A stretch of 63,188 nt of DNA, the filler included, from Rhabdomonas costata (lineage: Eukaryota), in assembly GCA_019059605.1 (NCBI GenBank). It is 10 parts of 10 records of this genome, joined end to end, with 100 filler letters (N's around TTAATTAATTAA, not from the genome) between each part and the next. Parts side by side here need not be neighbours in the genome. Positions count along the whole stretch, not along the records: positions 37,923 to 45,041 come from JAHMHO010000024.1; positions 45,142 to 51,101 come from JAHMHO010000025.1; positions 51,202 to 57,133 come from JAHMHO010000026.1; 7 more parts are not named here. One strand, 5' to 3'. Position numbers and translations under genes: made by a program. The notes beneath the pieces were generated by a model, which had not been told where the DNA came from, ran no database searches, and saw only the letters and a program-made list of their open reading frames with translations. Position 1 is the stretch's first letter. Every line of letters begins with the position of its first letter. This document shows positions 39,781 to 51,666 of the stretch, piece after piece.

Positions 39781-40743
39781 GCCCTCACTCTCCCCTCTGC
39801 GCGGAATAGTGAGGCAGAATGCCTTTGCCTCTCCATGGCTGCGTTTCCTTCGGGGGTTCTGCGCTGAGCATTGTGTGCAATGGTGACGGAGCTGCATAAT
39901 CCGTTTCTTTTTGTGGGGCTGTGCGCTGTGGCCTGTCGGTGAGAGGACATGCAGCTATTGTTCGTGTCTTTTTTTATGGTTCGGCGTTTCCCCGTGGGGG
40001 TTGCCGAAGGGGTGCCGGTGTTGGATGGTGTGTGGGTCTGCAATCGCTCGGCTTTGCCTTTACCAGACGCACAAGTAGGAGTACATGTGAAAACAACCTG
40101 ATGTTTGCCTGTGTTTTGGGCTCGTTTTCTTTTTGCCCGGGTCCTGGGGTGCTTCTGTGGAGTTGAGTAGCATCTGATGGAAATGGGCGAATTTTCAATC
40201 AAATTCGACCCGCCCAGGCTGTGTTTACTTCTTGGCCGTTCTGAATGCAGTGAGATGCCCAAGATTAAAGATTGGAGTTCAGGCTTGCTGACATGCTGAC
40301 ATGTAATTCACGTGCTGACAGTCCTGGCGCGGTGTGCCTCTTCTCATTAGAATGAAAACAAAAGGATTACTGCCCAGTGCTTGGTGAAGGGCTGCGGGGT
40401 TAGGAGGAGGCCATCGGTGCAGCGTTTCTTTTTCACGATGACAACTCACTCAAGCTGCAAGGCAGTCAGGATGGCAGGGTGGGTGTTGGCGGTAAACACA
40501 GGGAAACAGGGTTAGGATTGATGCTGTGGGTTGGGGGAACCTCACAATCAATGCGAAAAAGCATTTACAATGGGCCCATCGGTTAAGCCCGGGGCGCTTT
40601 TATTCTTGCGACCCCCCCCCACACACACACACACGCTTTCTGTGCACAGGCAATTGCTGTTGCTCCTTTCCGGAGTGAAAAGATTTTTTCTGTCGGCAGC
40701 AGATCGAAGAGCGAGCTGGCGAAAGAGAAACAGCGAGAGAGGA

Positions 40744-42972
40744 ATGTGCATTGCATTCTGGTACCATGCTTCCTCCCCGCAGCGGTGCGCGTACCGCGCC
40801 GTGCTGGCCTTTAACCGCGACGAGTCCTTTCACCGCCCCACCGCGGCCCTGTCTGTATGGCCCGCAGAGCCTTCCATGGTTGCCTGCCTCAGATGTCTTC
40901 TGTTTTTGCCTGTGGTTTTTTTTCACGACACAAAGATCGTTTAATAATGAGCAGGCGGCACAGAAGTGGAAGTTCTGTTGCTCAATTGAGCTTCCTGAAT
41001 GAATGAATGAGTGGGTGGAGTGTTTCAGTGTTTAGTTAATTTCGGTGATATTGACACTGAATCGAAAAAAAAAATGGTCGAAGTGTATCTCACTGCACCA
41101 CCGTTGCAGCTTGCTGTTTGGAGAGGAGGCTTGTGTCTTTCACTTGTGGTTTGCCGCACGTCGGGTTGGGATTTCAGGCCCCAATCATCGCCGGCCGGGA
41201 CTTGACAGCTCGTGGCACCTGGTTAGGGGTCTCCCCTTTGGGGCGGTTTGCCTTTCTGACGGCCCATCGCAGCCCAAGCAATGTGGCGCCCGCCATTCTG
41301 CTTTCGGTGTTCTCTGTGGCCTGCCCTGCCGCGGTGGCCTGGCTTCTGCTCAGCGCAGGGTGGGTGTGGGCTGCGGTGGCGGCGGCTTTGGGGGCGATGG
41401 TCAGGCACTGGGTTCGTATGTGTGAGCTTGTACATGTCGAGTGGAGGCAGTTGGCATTGTCAAAGTCCTCAAAAATGAGAACCGTTGGTTACTCTTTGTT
41501 TAGCCACACGTTTTGCTCTCCAATGGCTCAAGCCGTGCCTGTTTTCTATGTCTCACTTTTGACCTGGCTCAACGCATGTTTGTGCAGATGTACGCGCGAT
41601 CTCCCAATTTACAGAATAGTTCCACCAAAAAACGAACATATTTCTACATACATTCCTACATACATATTCCTGAATTATTCTTCCCAATCTTCCCAAATTT
41701 CCTTCCCATCTCTATTTTGAGCTGCAGCAACTCTCTTTGCCTCCTTTCTCTCCCAGGCAGGCAAGGCCCTTGCCTCCGTTCCCAGCCGCGGCGACCTCCC
41801 CGTGCAGTTCCTGAACAGCTCCCTTTCCCCGCGCCAGTTTTCAGACAAGGTGCACCCCCGGCTCCTTGCAAGGTACAACGGGATGCACCTTGTCCTGGGC
41901 AGCCCAGAGGAGGTGGTGTACTGTTCCAACAGTCCAACGCTGGCCGATGGTGCCCCCCAACTTCTGGACCGGGACACGACCTATGGTCTCTCCAACACAA
42001 AGTTGGCCTGGGAGTGGGACAAAGTCCGCCGGGGCAAGCGGCTGTTCAGTGATGCCTTGGATTCGCTGCGCGCTGGGTATGCTAGAATTTAATTCTCGAC
42101 CTGTTCGCCTTTCGAGCGAAGTTAAAGATCCTTGATCTGTCGTGGATATCTGTGGTGTGTAATAGTAGTGGAATTAGTACTTTGACTTGGTAAATGACAA
42201 AAAGTTACATACATTGGTCTTCAACTCCAATTTTCGACGTCAGAAAAGTTCTCGCCCCCGTTTCCTGTTTCGAAGGGGACATTGCTGGGAAATCCCAAAA
42301 TATGTCGTTGCTTTGTTATCATTGCACCATCAAAAGTGATTTTTTTTTGATGATAAACATCTTTTCTCTGGATTTTCCAACTGAGGCTTGATTTCCAACT
42401 GGACCGAAAATGCTGCCGCAAACATGGCTTTAGCCGCACACCTTTGCGTCAGAAGAGGCGATCACAGGTGAAAGGATCCTTTCTGGATGTCCGGCCGTTT
42501 TACGGAAGCTTGCATTCTACCAGTCTCCTCTATTCAACACCCAACGCCTTGCCCACGTTTGTCTCGATGTTGGGTCATTGCTAAGTGTTATTCATATCCA
42601 GTTGGAAAGTATAGGTGCTCCCTGAAACAAAAATCCCTTCTCATTCTGTCGCATCCGCCGCGCAGCTGCGGGGAGGCTGCGTTTACGGATCAGCTCTTCT
42701 CCTTGATGGCTGACAAGGTACCCTCTGCCTCTAAAAACCCTCACTCGGGCACGTGGTGGCCACACCACCTTGAGAGGCACATGTCCGGCATCTTCGTGGT
42801 GCCGCGGCGCATCCCTTTCCTGAAGATGTACGGCACCCGCACCACCACAGTGGTACTACTGGGTTGGGACGGGGCTGTGGTGGCTAAGGAGCGTACTTAT
42901 GACCTTAGCGGAGACTTCACTTTGGCAACGGTGCGGCTCAACGAGGCTCCCACTGCTCCCACGCCGCAGTGA
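40744..42972 (+). CDS. TANGO2: TANGO2/NRDE-family protein, complete; exons 40744-40878, 41178-41411, 41757-42076, 42666-42972
   Basis: MCI start, LAFNRDESFHRPT, IIAGRDL..RGTWLGV..GRFAFLT, SRGDLPVQFL, YNGMHLVLG, YGLSN..WDKVRRGK and YGTRTTTVVL. Confidence 0.92.
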
Positions 42973-44062
42973 GGGCTGTGGGTGGGATCGCGCTGGGGGT
43001 GGGCCTCACACTCCCTACGCGAGCTCGTGCTCGTGGACTCATCACCGGCTCAGTTGATGACAATGAAACAGTGAGTCCTCCAATTTTGTGTTGCTTTCCG
43101 AGGGGAGGGGGTGAGTCCTTTCTGTATTTCGTTCGATCCGTATCGCCATCGGTCCTTAGGGTGTGAGGAACTCCGACACCTCGTGGCATCCTTGAGGCAT
43201 TACTGAACTGGATGAGCAATGGAGCATACTTCCACTGTGCACTGCGGACGATGCGGAAACTCTCATTTCCATTTTTGCACCCTTTGTGTGTATGGGTGTC
43301 CGTGCTGTACCTACTGACACCAATGTGTTAGTCACACTCCAGCCCAGAGTTTGGTGCAACCTGGAATCCAATCCACCCATCTATCCCCCCCTAAAAAATG
43401 TACTGGAATCCAGGGTACTGGTTATCTCCATTTAAATGCGCGCCCAAATAAAAATAAAGCACTGATGCTTATTGGGTGGCATAGGAAAAGGCATCCGAAC
43501 GCTGCGGTGCTTGCAACTGTGGTTGTACGCTTTCTGGCTCTGAATGTTTGAATGTTTGAATGCATACGCCCTTCCCGCGTTGTATACAAAATAACCTCAG
43601 ATTTGCTTCGCTTCCCGTGGCTCAAGGAAATAAAAGGCATTCTGTTTGCTCAGGTGAAGTCTATATTCTCTTTCGTGGCCTCTGGGCCAGTACCCGCTCT
43701 TTCATCCCGGCTCCACCCGCCACCGCTTCGCAAAGATGAAAGGAGGTTCAATGTACTCCGCCTTCCAGACAGGCTCCAACGTGCATCACCAGAGCCTGCT
43801 GATTGGCTCCGGAAACGAGATTATTGTGTATGCTGGACTCCACTGCATTGTGTCTTTCTCAGTGTCGAATTGTTTTAGGACGGGGTAACGCGATTGCTAA
43901 TCCAAGTTTTTCAAGAGGTGTGGGAGTTGCCTCTTAGGGTTCTGTTTTTCGCAGGTTTTCCTGCAGTGTGGCCATGCATTAACCGATTTTTGGAGTCACA
44001 GGAAGTTCCACGGTTTCTTTTGGTGTCGTGACGTGTCTTGGATTGTTTTCTCGTCCGCACAG

Positions 44063-44918
44063 CCATGAGGAGATCTCGACTGCCTCGGACTCCGATCGGC
44101 CTGGCCGCCGGGTCCGCTACCAGCTGCACCCGGTGCGTCCCCTTGGCGACGCCCTGGCCAATGGCTCACAGCTTTCTCAAGGTGACTGTTGACTGTCGCT
44201 CGGGTGGAGGGCGGGTGGTGTCACATGAGGAGCTCTTGCTTTTCTTGCTTGGTGGGGCTTCTCAGACATTGCGAGAATGTCCTCCGACACGGAGACGGAC
44301 ACGATGCGGGTGGAGCGGGCTGCAACGAGGCGCAAGATAGGGAAGAAGAAGATGCGCCGGATCGCCAATGGTCGTCCCTCACCACCATTATTGTTCCATT
44401 TACTTGCTGACATGCTGACATGACCATTTCTTTCACCTTTTTTGTGGTGTATTTTTGCAGACTATTTTCTGGGCTACCAAACGAGTCACTCGGTTCCGCA
44501 GTCAATGGAGGAGGCCAAGCAGGATTGGTCAGCGTCCCTCCCTTTGCCCTGCCCTTATATTCTCCCATATGCCGGTTCAACGTCTTCCGTATTTCAAGGC
44601 ACCAGTGACTCGGGTGTTTTTAAGTTACATATATGGTGCTCTGGTTGAACGTTGCCCCCCAAAAAGGGTGATCACCGAAACCAGACTTATTCGGATTATT
44701 CTCCTTCCCTCCCTTCCAACGTCACCCTGTCTCGCCCACAACCCCATCCCTGTTCGTTTCCCCTTTCGAATTTCATTTTAGGTATGAGCTCTTCGGGAAC
44801 CACCACGAGACCGCCTTCCAGTGGCTTCTCGATGACAAGGACTCCATGCAAAAGTTTAAGCCTTTCCTGAGCATCACCCCAGAGAAGCAAGAGCTGCTGC
44901 TTTCTCAGCTGGACTCGG
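44063..44918 (+). CDS. R3H-associated N-terminal domain protein (R3HDM4-like), partial; exons 44063-44181, 44266-44370, 44461-44527, 44782-44918
   Basis: Phase-consistent splice gives RRKIGKKKMRRIANDYFLG..ETAFQWLLDD..FKPFLSITPEKQELLL, resembling the R3H-assoc pattern. The R3H domain itself would lie beyond the contig end. Confidence 0.55.
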
Positions 44919-45384
44919 GTACGCCCGCGGAGTGCCCGAACTCATCCTAAGACTGAATTTGAAGTGAGGTTTCCACTGGCAACCGGTAAGCGCAGTTCTC
45001 CATACGATTGAGCAAATGACGCGCAGTGTGCAAAAACACCCNNNNNNNNNNNNNNNNNNNNNNNNNNNNNNNNNNNNNNNNNNNNTTAATTAATTAANNN
45101 NNNNNNNNNNNNNNNNNNNNNNNNNNNNNNNNNNNNNNNNNGGGTTTGGGATCGCCGTTTATCAACAGTAAAAAATATTTGGGGAGGGGGGCTGAGCAGG
45201 GCGAGGGGGATCCAAGCTTAAGAAAAACGTTTCACAGAAATACCTAGATGCTTTTGACATAAATTCCAAGAATTTATGGAAACTTTGGCGGAAGGGTAAC
45301 CGCAACCCGCGGTACAGAAATACAACACCAGAATCAAATTGGGAACCGAAAGACCAACGGTGGAAGGGAATCTCATAGCAGAAC

Positions 45385-48300
45385 TCAAAGGGACAAGAAC
45401 GGGAGTCGTGGGACCTTCTCTGAGGGCTCGAGCCTTTGCGGAGCACCCGCAGGGAGCAGATCTCTCCTCTGTCTCTGCTTCTTCCGCGCGGGTAGGGCGT
45501 ACGCCATGGGCCGGGGCCTCCAAGGCGCCCTCCCTTGACCGCCAGCCGCGAACCTCGGGAAGGGTGGACCTCGAACGAGCCCCGCTCGCACTGGAAAATC
45601 AATATTGAAGTCATATTAAAACGTACATACCCCAATACGGGCAAAATCGTCTTCACAGTATCAGTGTAACACACTCCGCCCAACGCGGTCAGGTGAGTCG
45701 ATTATCACCAATTTACTTCTTCACATAATTAGAGCGTTGGATGACCAATACTGGGCCACTATTGGTAAATCCGAGCGCACCTGCAATTCGCGATCACGGA
45801 GAAGAAAGCTAAACCATCTGAGAAAAAGCGCTTGAAGCTCTTTTCTTTTGGTCGTAAGCCAAACAGGCCACAAACATGGCCACATGCCGCTCCGAAGCAT
45901 ATTTACACAGAAGAACGCCGTGGCAAGGCCGCAATGATACAAAATGACATGTGACCTCCAGGGGGTGCAGCTCTGCACTTGGCCCAGTACTCGGCCTCCT
46001 CCTCTCTGTGGGTCAAGCAAACGGAGGCAGGTGGCTGCTCCATGTCTCTTTCTTGCATTGCCGAGTGAAAATGATTACGATCGTATAGGGTCAAGGCAAA
46101 GACATGGAAGCCATCACTCACAGCGTATCATGGAGAACGCTTTCCAAGAGTATCACAATATGCAACCAACGTCACACATTGGGCCTTTCTGCGCTTCTTC
46201 TCAACTGAACACGTGGTGCCAGAAAAAGTGTTCTGATTTGTGGTGTATACCAGTGTGTTTTTCCAGTGAGTTGCCTTTCTGCCCTAGCAAATTCCCCAGC
46301 AAAGAAGACAAACGAGCACCTGCTCAGAACGTGAAACTGCTCCGCAAACCCAGAGGCCTGGCACTGCTCCGCGGCCCTTGCCAGCGCTGCTTCTGTCCGG
46401 AACCGGACATATATTGGGCACAGCAGCCTCGCGTTGGGGGACTTATCGACAGGCCCTGCGAAAAAGGCAGCGAATGGGGGGTGAGGGATGCAATAGCGCA
46501 GAACCTGCTCAGAAAACAACGATGAAACCACGAGATTTTCATCATCCCACCCTCCTGAAATTCCACCATTTTCCTTCTATCCACGAGGTGAATGACCAAC
46601 GAATTTTTGACGTCTTCTCCCCCATCCAACGTGGGTATCTCTTTGCCCCAGTGTCCATCCTCCCTATCGTCAGATTACTCCTATCTCATACCTACACCCC
46701 TTCTGCATTGCATCTTCTCCAATTGTTCTCCCGTCAACCTTTGTGCCCGGGTGTAATTTATTTGCTTTTCGCCTGAACTCTTGGCACCCTGTTTGTGCAA
46801 TCATGCCCCTGTTGTTCTTGTATTCAATCTCTTTTGTACGGTATGCCCACAACACCGCAATACCACGTAACCTTGTGGAAACCTTCCCCTACCTATCAGT
46901 TTGAACACTTATACGATTCAAAAGGGATCATTACACACAGAGATGCAAGTTTTTTGACCGATCTGGATGCTTGTTGAGTCACTTCGGGAGAAGTTCTTTC
47001 CGTTTCACCACTCTTCAACCGCGACGCAAGGGTTGATTACCATCGCGAATTGCAACAGACACCTGAGGCTTCCGACGATGAGCTGCTCGACGCTTCGACG
47101 GCCTCTGCCCTCCCACGGTTGCACTCCCAGAGCCTCACCAGCTCAGCCTCCTCAATGTGCTCCACATCCACAAACGCTACCCCAGGCGCCCCAAACTCCT
47201 GCAGCACTTCCGCCCGGCGCTGCGTCCGAAAGAGCCTCATCCACCGCTTCCGGTGAAAGCCCCCCTGAGCTTCCCCATCCCCAGTCCTCGCTGCGGCTGG
47301 AGCACCACCAGCTCGGGTTTCGGCACCAGTAGCTGTGGAACTCTCCGTGGGTTTCGGTTTGGGGGGTGGCTCGGCCAAGGCTGCAGAGAAGGGGATTGCA
47401 GGTTTCGGAAGGGCGACCCCTGAGTAATCCGTGACCTGCATACCCAGCCTGAAGGGTGGCGGAGGCATCGGTGGCGGTGGAATGGAGAAAAGCAAGGACG
47501 GCTTTCCACTGCCAGCGCAAGCCCCACCTGGAAAAAGGGAGGAGTCCGCACAGTGACTGGGAGCAGACGGCAAGCCCATTCGTTTTGGAGGCAGCGGCTC
47601 AGGCAGACCGGTCCTCATGGGAGGCACACTCTCTGGGAGATTCGTACGTTTGGGAGACGTTGACCCCACAAGATCGTTGGGTTTGTGAGGCACTGGTTCC
47701 GATGTGCTGCTGCTGGACTTGGGAGATGTTGACGTCGGCATCTCAGGGCTCAGAGCAGGAGGCCCAGCCGCTAGGGGTGGAGCGTGTGCAGCATCTTCCT
47801 CACCCAAGTGCGAAGTGGGTCTCACAAACTGCCGTAGCTTCAATCCTTGCAACCGGGCCACCAGCCCGGAGGTTTTAGAGGTAGCTTTGGCTCGAGGTCT
47901 GCACGAAAGAGAAGGAAAGCAAAAACAGGAGACCACAATAGAGCACATGGTGAAGTGATATGTGCATTTTAAAAAACAACATAACACTTGCCAAGCAGAA
48001 AGTGGTAATGGGGGGCACCCTATTAGCATATTTTCCATTCCGATGTAGAACGTACGAGATGGACAATCAAATCATGCATCTGTTAATTGTCCACGGTGAT
48101 CAACGACACAGATACAGAGAAACACGAAACAACGCCACGAAACCCTGGGAGAAACGGAGTTGTTTCCTTTAAAAGGAGAGGTGCGCGCAAGGAGAAAACC
48201 AAAGTGGGGGGAAAAGTGGGCAAACACAAGACGTCGCTTGAAAGTCCCCCCGCCAACCAACTGTTGCCCTCAACGAAAGGGACCCGAAGTGCTGTCACAT

Positions 48301-51005
48301 TTTCCTTTTGTGCCCATTTGGTACGGGGTTGCAAGCAAGTTGACTTTGTGCACAAGAGCATCATCTACACCATGCGGCAGGCACATGGGACCTTCGCCTG
48401 TTGTTGATGTTGATGTTGATGTTGATGTTGATGTCTGGTAGGATGCAACTCACGGCTCTCAACAGTACGAAAGGGTCTTGTATTTCCATGTTTTCATTCG
48501 CGCGTCCACCTTGCTGGTTATTCCTGGTGCCGCTAACACCAAGCTCGCAAGCTCATGAAGTGGCGGGAGTGCGACGACCCAGAGGGAGCTCTCATAAAAA
48601 AGAAGAATCCTCATAAAAATGTGTTGTCTTCTGAATCCACTGCCAGTGTTTCCCACTCCATGTTTGCCGTCTTTTTTGCCCAAATCGATGAATGCATGTA
48701 TTTAACAACCCGAACAACCCGTCAAGCACCCATTCATGTTGGATACATCACGGGTGTTTGAACTCCCGCTTCCCAGCAATAGAACAGAAACCTAAGTGGC
48801 TCGTGAGTCGGCACGCGCTCGGCGCGGCGCGGCGCTGGGGGAGTACCGCGGGTGCTTGCAGGAGGACCAGAGCGGCCTTGCAATGCGTCCACCAGCTCTT
48901 TGTACTCCACCTGAAGACGGATCCACTCGGCCTTCATGATAGCACGCTGGAGGTACCCCTGGGGACCACAGAAAGGTACCGGGGCAAGAAATGGGAGGAT
49001 ATGGACGGAAATAATATAGCGAAAAGTAAAAACGGGGCATACGTGTTGAGCAGCTCGTGTGGCAGCGGTTTCTGCATTGACCTGATCGATGAGGTTCTCA
49101 AGTCCCGAAAAGGCAGTGCTGCATTCCTGAAAGGCACCCGCATACGCAAGCACACAAGAACAGTTTCCGAAAATTTCAGACTATTCACCAAGACGAGGAG
49201 ACTTCATGAGACTGGGCCTCCAGGAAAAGCTCGGGGTGACTCGCAATTCACTGCAAGGTCCAATCAATGCCATGATGTCATGATGTCACAATGTCATCAT
49301 CACACCAGATTCCAACAGATCTGCAAATGGATCCAAAGTGCACTTTCACCAATTGCTGCTCCGGAGCAAAACGCACCTTCTGAATATTTGTCTTCAGCAC
49401 AGCCGTGCGCGCCATCTCCGGGGTGAGAAACTCAATAAAAGCGTACCCACGAGTGGCTGGACCCCTCTTTGGCAGACTCACGTATGTCACTTCCCCAAAC
49501 ACGGAGAAGAACTACAAAAGAAGGCCATCCAGATGACGGCGACGCCAGCGAGAGAGCGAGAGAGAACGGGAGGGGGAGGAGTGCCCAAATACTAGTGATT
49601 AATAGTGAGAACACCATTAACCCACAATAGTGATTGGTGGTGCAATACAGCCTCAACAACCACATCTCATCACAAGAGAGAGCGCTCACCAAAAACACGT
49701 GTGATGGTCAACGCGTCATGGTCAATCGAGAAGAGGCATTTGCCAAACAACGTTGTAAGGTAACCGAAACTCAGAAAATGGTATGCGACAGCTTTCCAGT
49801 CTTTTGGCCTATAGAAATGCCGTTGTCTGGGGACATGTTACGTGATGAACCCGGAAAGGTTTCTTGGTGGTAGACATAAAAAGCATTCAGATATGGGATG
49901 CTTCGAAGAGACCAGAGAGAGCGCTTTTTCCCGGTGATTCCGTGTTTGTGTTTGAACTTTTGAAGCGAGATTGTGAATTCTGTAACCGGCTGTTTATGGA
50001 GAAGGGTGAAATTAGGGTTTACACCAGCCATGTGGAGTGTTACGGTTCTGAGTTTGCGGTGTAGCGTACTTTATAAAGAAGGAAACGGCGATGGCGATAT
50101 TTGCCTCGTAACACCAACTTAAATCCAGGTTTGATATATAATTGTGTGCTCATTAACCTCAACTTTTGAAGTGGGAACGTAGGGAACTGCGGAGAGAATT
50201 TCGACCTTGCCGCAGTAGGGGTTAAAAAACAAATGGGGTACTTGCACCACCCGCGGAGAGCACAGCACACACCTCCTTGAGACTATCGTGGGTGCTGTCA
50301 GGCGGAACCACCTCAACGTAGATGGTCCTCTCCGTGGAGTACTTCGCCCCACGCTCAACAAAAGGCTGGCGGCGTGCTATCAGACGGTGCTCCGGCGGCA
50401 GATCCCCAGGCTGAACCAAGAGCTCCGAGGAGCGCTCCGCCGCCTGGGGTGGAGTGTGGAAGAAAAGACAACCGCAAGCTCATGTCACCGCATTATCGCT
50501 CTAGTAGTTCAGCGGAGAGATGAAAGGCATCGCGATGCTGGTAAAGTGGTGATGTGAGGGTGGAGATCACTCCCACGTCACCGCCAGTGAAGAAAATGAG
50601 ACAGACGGCCCAGACGCGGCACCGCGGCAGATCAACCATCACACATTCAAGGAGGGAAGGAAATTCAAGTTTTTCCTGTGTGAATTGATAAGTTGCCTGA
50701 TGAAAACAGCGTGTATGGTGACTTGCCAATGTCGCCACGGCGTGGGACAGGAAACTGGTGAAATACTGCCTGGAGCAAAGCCCGTGACATTCACCAAGGG
50801 TCGGGAGTAGATGAAGGCGCACCTGTACTACCAGCGTGGGATCGGTGGTGAGCCTCCGCAACTTATTGAAGGTCAGCAGGGTGACGACAGGGGCGCCGCC
50901 CTGGTTTTGCTGCAGGATATCCTGCAAAAACCTGTCCTTCCCCAGCGAGGCATCGGAGAAGTAGAACTCAAGCTGCCGCTGAATGTCACTCAGAAGTGCG
51001 TCCAT
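45385..51005 (-). CDS. LARP7: La-related protein of LARP7/p65 type (La motif + RRM1 + xRRM), complete; exons 51005-50823, 50443-50273, 49511-49377, 49126-49043, 48958-48792, 47898-47063, 46455-46320, 46005-45956, 45590-45385
   Basis: La motif IQRQLEFYFSDASLGKDRFL..LLTFNKLRRL; RRM1 RTIYVE..FGEVTYVSLP..GYAFIEF; helix RAIMKAEWIRLQVEY; xRRM elements VAFVD, YVRF and VLSREEEAEYWAK. All nine exons join in phase. Confidence 0.85.
48403..48432. repeat. (GTTGAT)x5 intronic microsatellite
   Basis: Read directly. Confidence 0.9.
49766..50076. repeat. Diverged dispersed copy of part of the contig-5 tandem repeat, in LARP7 intron 2
   Basis: Colinear shared blocks with 27275-27579: GAAACTCAGAAAAT, GCCTATAGAAATGCCG, CCCGGTGATTCCGTG, CTTTTGAAGC, TAACCGGCTG, GCGTACTTTATAA. 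Confidence 0.85.
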
Positions 51006-51201
51006 TGTATTCAGCGGGCCTCACGCAACAGAAACAACATCCCTTAATCAACAAAAAAGACGACCACCAGCGACAAGCGATATTTCATAGGAAAACACCC
51101 CNNNNNNNNNNNNNNNNNNNNNNNNNNNNNNNNNNNNNNNNNNNNTTAATTAATTAANNNNNNNNNNNNNNNNNNNNNNNNNNNNNNNNNNNNNNNNNNN
51201 N

Positions 51202-51644
51202 GGGTTGGTTTCCGGAGGGTCGATTTTTGACAGAAAATTGGCTTGGCCTTTTTTGGCCTACCTCGGTTCTACCCTGTAAGGGTCGAAAATAGGGGTGTCT
51301 GGGGTGAAAAATCGACCCTCCGGAAATCGACCCAACATGAAGTTTCTGAGGTCGGGGATGCCGAAAAACGCGTTTTTGTGCGGATTTGAGGGTTTTTTGA
51401 GGTTGTGGTGGGGGCTTTTTGAGGCCATTTTCATTGAAAAAGGGGCGTTTTGGACCCAAAAGTACATCAAAAGGGATCAAAATGAGCGAAAATCGACCCC
51501 ATGGGCGAGTGACAAACATGGGAGGTAATTTCAAGCACTCCAAGCCACCAAGAGGAACTTCTCACGTGGGGGTCGAAAATGGGGTGTCTGGGGTGAAAAA
51601 AGCGACCCTCCGGAAATCGACCCAACTTGATATTTCTGAGGTCG
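51202..51644. repeat. Cluster of direct and inverted repeats built on AAAATCGACCC(TCCGGAAA), resembling a DNA-transposon subterminal region
   Basis: Direct repeat of ~74 bp at 51281-51354 and 51571-51644; inverted core copy at 51202-51228; short core copy near 51490. Confidence 0.75.
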
Positions 51645-51666
51645 CAGCGCCCTTGCTTGTACTGAA

